A model generated the notes under the pieces. It was given only the letters and a program-made list of their open reading frames with translations, did not search any database and was not told where the DNA came from. Both the position numbers and the translations under genes were made by a program. From an uncultured Clostridia bacterium (GTDB lineage: Bacteria > Bacillota > Clostridia > RGIG6154), in NCBI GenBank assembly GCA_934446135.1, contig CAKSDT010000002.1:1-46599 (forward strand): a stretch of DNA of 46,599 bases, written 5' to 3'. Below, piece by piece: positions 45,593-46,599 of this stretch; the first letter of the stretch is position 1, and each line of letters starts with the position of its first letter.

Positions 45593-45599
45593 AATATCA

Positions 45600-45642
45600 T
45601 ATATAAAATATAAAATATATACGCGTTTGTATATAAAATATA
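45600..45642. repeat. 13-nt direct repeat TATATAAAATATA x2, 30 bp apart, in the divergent control region
   Basis: Exact copies at 45600-45612 and 45630-45642. A short inverted repeat TATATAC/GTATATA lies between them. Confidence 0.35.
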
Positions 45643-45669
45643 TAAATTTGTATAATTTGGAGTGGTGTT

Positions 45670-46476
45670 ATGTACGGGTTTGTTGATACCTCAGAATTTT
45701 TTAGAATTATAAAACTTTATACTGCATCTCTTCAGCATTTTGAAACTGACTATTTTTTTAAGGGAGAAGAACACAATTTTTGGGAAATAGTGATTGTGAC
45801 AGAGGGAAAAGTTGGTGTAACGGCAGATAAAGATGTACTTACACTCGGAGCAGGTGAGGCGATAATTCATGAGCCCATGGAATTTCACCGTATTTGGGCG
45901 GAAGAAAAAACTAAGCCTATAGTTGTAATACTTACATTTTCGGCAGAGGGAATGCCTGAATATGAAGGAAAAATATTTAAGGTATCTGATATTTTAAGAC
46001 CGCAGTTGATTTTAAGCGAACTATATAACAGTTATCACATTGAGAATTGCAACATTGTAGGAATAGAAAAAGATAAACTTTCGCAAAGTCAGACAGCATT
46101 AAAAGAACTTGAAATCTTTGTTCTTAATCTTCTAGCAAAAAATATCAATAAAAAAGAAAGTAAATCAAGAACTGCTGAAAATTACACAAAAATAATAGAA
46201 TGTATGAGTAAAAATCTGAATAAAACTCTTTCTGTCGCTGATATTGCGTTAATGTGTAATATGAGTGAAATTAATTTAAAAAAGACTTTCTCGAGGTATT
46301 CAGGGATGGGGGTTATGGAGTATTTTAACAAGATGAAGATAAATCAAGCCGTAATGATGATACAGAACTGAACATCAATAAAAGAAACTGCGATTTCTTT
46401 TGGGTTTGCAAACCAAAATTATTTCAGTACAGTTTTTAAACGAGTTACGGGTTATTCGCCTAAAAATTACAAGTAA
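45670..46476 (+). pseudogene. AraC-family regulator interrupted by one in-frame TGA between its two HTH units
   Basis: The track ORF stops at TGA 46369-46371. The same frame continues TSIKETAISFGFANQNYFSTVFKRVTGYSPKNYK* (TAA at 46474-46476). That is a textbook second AraC HTH. Confidence 0.7.
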
Positions 46477-46504
46477 AGCGTTCTGCAGTAAATACAGAAC
46501 GCTT
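46476..46504. terminator. hairpin after the AraC reading frame (weak terminator candidate, no clear U-run)
   Basis: AAGCGTTCTG (46476-46485) pairs with CAGAACGCTT (46495-46504) around a 9-nt loop. Confidence 0.3.
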
Positions 46505-46599
46505 CAGGCTGTCGAAAAAGTCGGTCAACCGCAAGCAAAAAAATATTAATACAATTTTCCGCATATATTTTGAGCGTATTAATTTTCGGATAACCATTG

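Noticed and set aside
46369-46401. In-frame TGA as selenocysteine or recoded Gly/Trp. An 8-bp hairpin (AAAAGAAA / TTTCTTTT, 46380-46401) begins 8 nt downstream of the TGA.
   Set aside because: The hairpin is entirely A/T with a single G-C pair and does not resemble a bacterial SECIS element. The position is a linker between the two HTH units of an AraC protein, where a redox-active residue makes no sense. TGA is a normal stop elsewhere (1480-1482, 25656-25658, 27297-27299).
46506-46599. Short minus-strand ORF (about 34 codons, MRKIVLIFFCLRL...) at the right edge of the window
   Set aside because: It has no RBS, it overlaps the AraC 3' end and the hairpin, and it is too short and hydrophobic or low-complexity to support a call.
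1-46599. Mobile elements, CRISPR arrays, defence islands, rRNA or tRNA genes
   Set aside because: I found no transposase, integrase, recombinase, Cas, restriction-modification or toxin-antitoxin-like ORFs. I also saw no spaced repeat arrays or long terminal inverted repeats. Every intergenic region is short, with the longest (pheA upstream) about 260 nt, and each is accounted for by promoters, terminators or the leader. A tRNA/ncRNA scan with dedicated software would be needed to exclude small RNAs completely.

Overview
AT-rich chromosomal segment that looks like Firmicutes/Clostridia. Supporting evidence: GGAGG-type RBSs, frequent TTG/GTG starts, and the conserved blocks ecfA1-ecfA2-ecfT-truA and holB-ricT-...-rsmI. 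It is densely packed with housekeeping and metabolic genes. By eye I found no rRNA, tRNA, CRISPR array, transposase/integrase or recognisable defence genes. Main blocks, in order: (1) a + strand operon of ECF transporter genes, truA, an unknown membrane protein, cvpA and rho. (2) A - strand block of queG-like, comF, recD2, rsmI, a tRNA m6A methyltransferase-like gene, a ferredoxin missing from the ORF track, ricT and holB. (3) An alpha-galactoside locus with an AraC regulator, a GH4 enzyme, an orphan YesM-type kinase and a GH36 enzyme. (4) An 8-kb translationally coupled operon, pheA-aroB-aroC-aroE/K-aroQ-aroA-tyrA-aroF, covering the whole shikimate pathway plus the Phe and Tyr branches. (5) An alanine/cation symporter, a truncated KdpD/KdpE-like pair, DUF1385-prmC, and a PfkB-like kinase with an EIIC-like permease. 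(6) trxA with a mini ferredoxin:thioredoxin-reductase-like gene, a Crp/Fnr regulator and citrate synthase. (7) An amino-sugar operon (oxidoreductase, nucleotidyltransferase, anomeric kinase, nagB, nagA) with a divergent AraC regulator. The strongest candidate for something new is a 33-codon leader ORF in front of the aromatic operon. Ten of its codons are Phe or Tyr and none is Trp. It follows a perfect consensus promoter and carries mutually exclusive antiterminator and terminator hairpins, which looks like ribosome-mediated attenuation rather than the T-box control typical of Firmicutes. Also notable: the amino-sugar locus has single in-frame stops in both its kinase (TAG) and its regulator (TGA). 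All protein calls rest on motifs recognised by eye, because no database search was possible.
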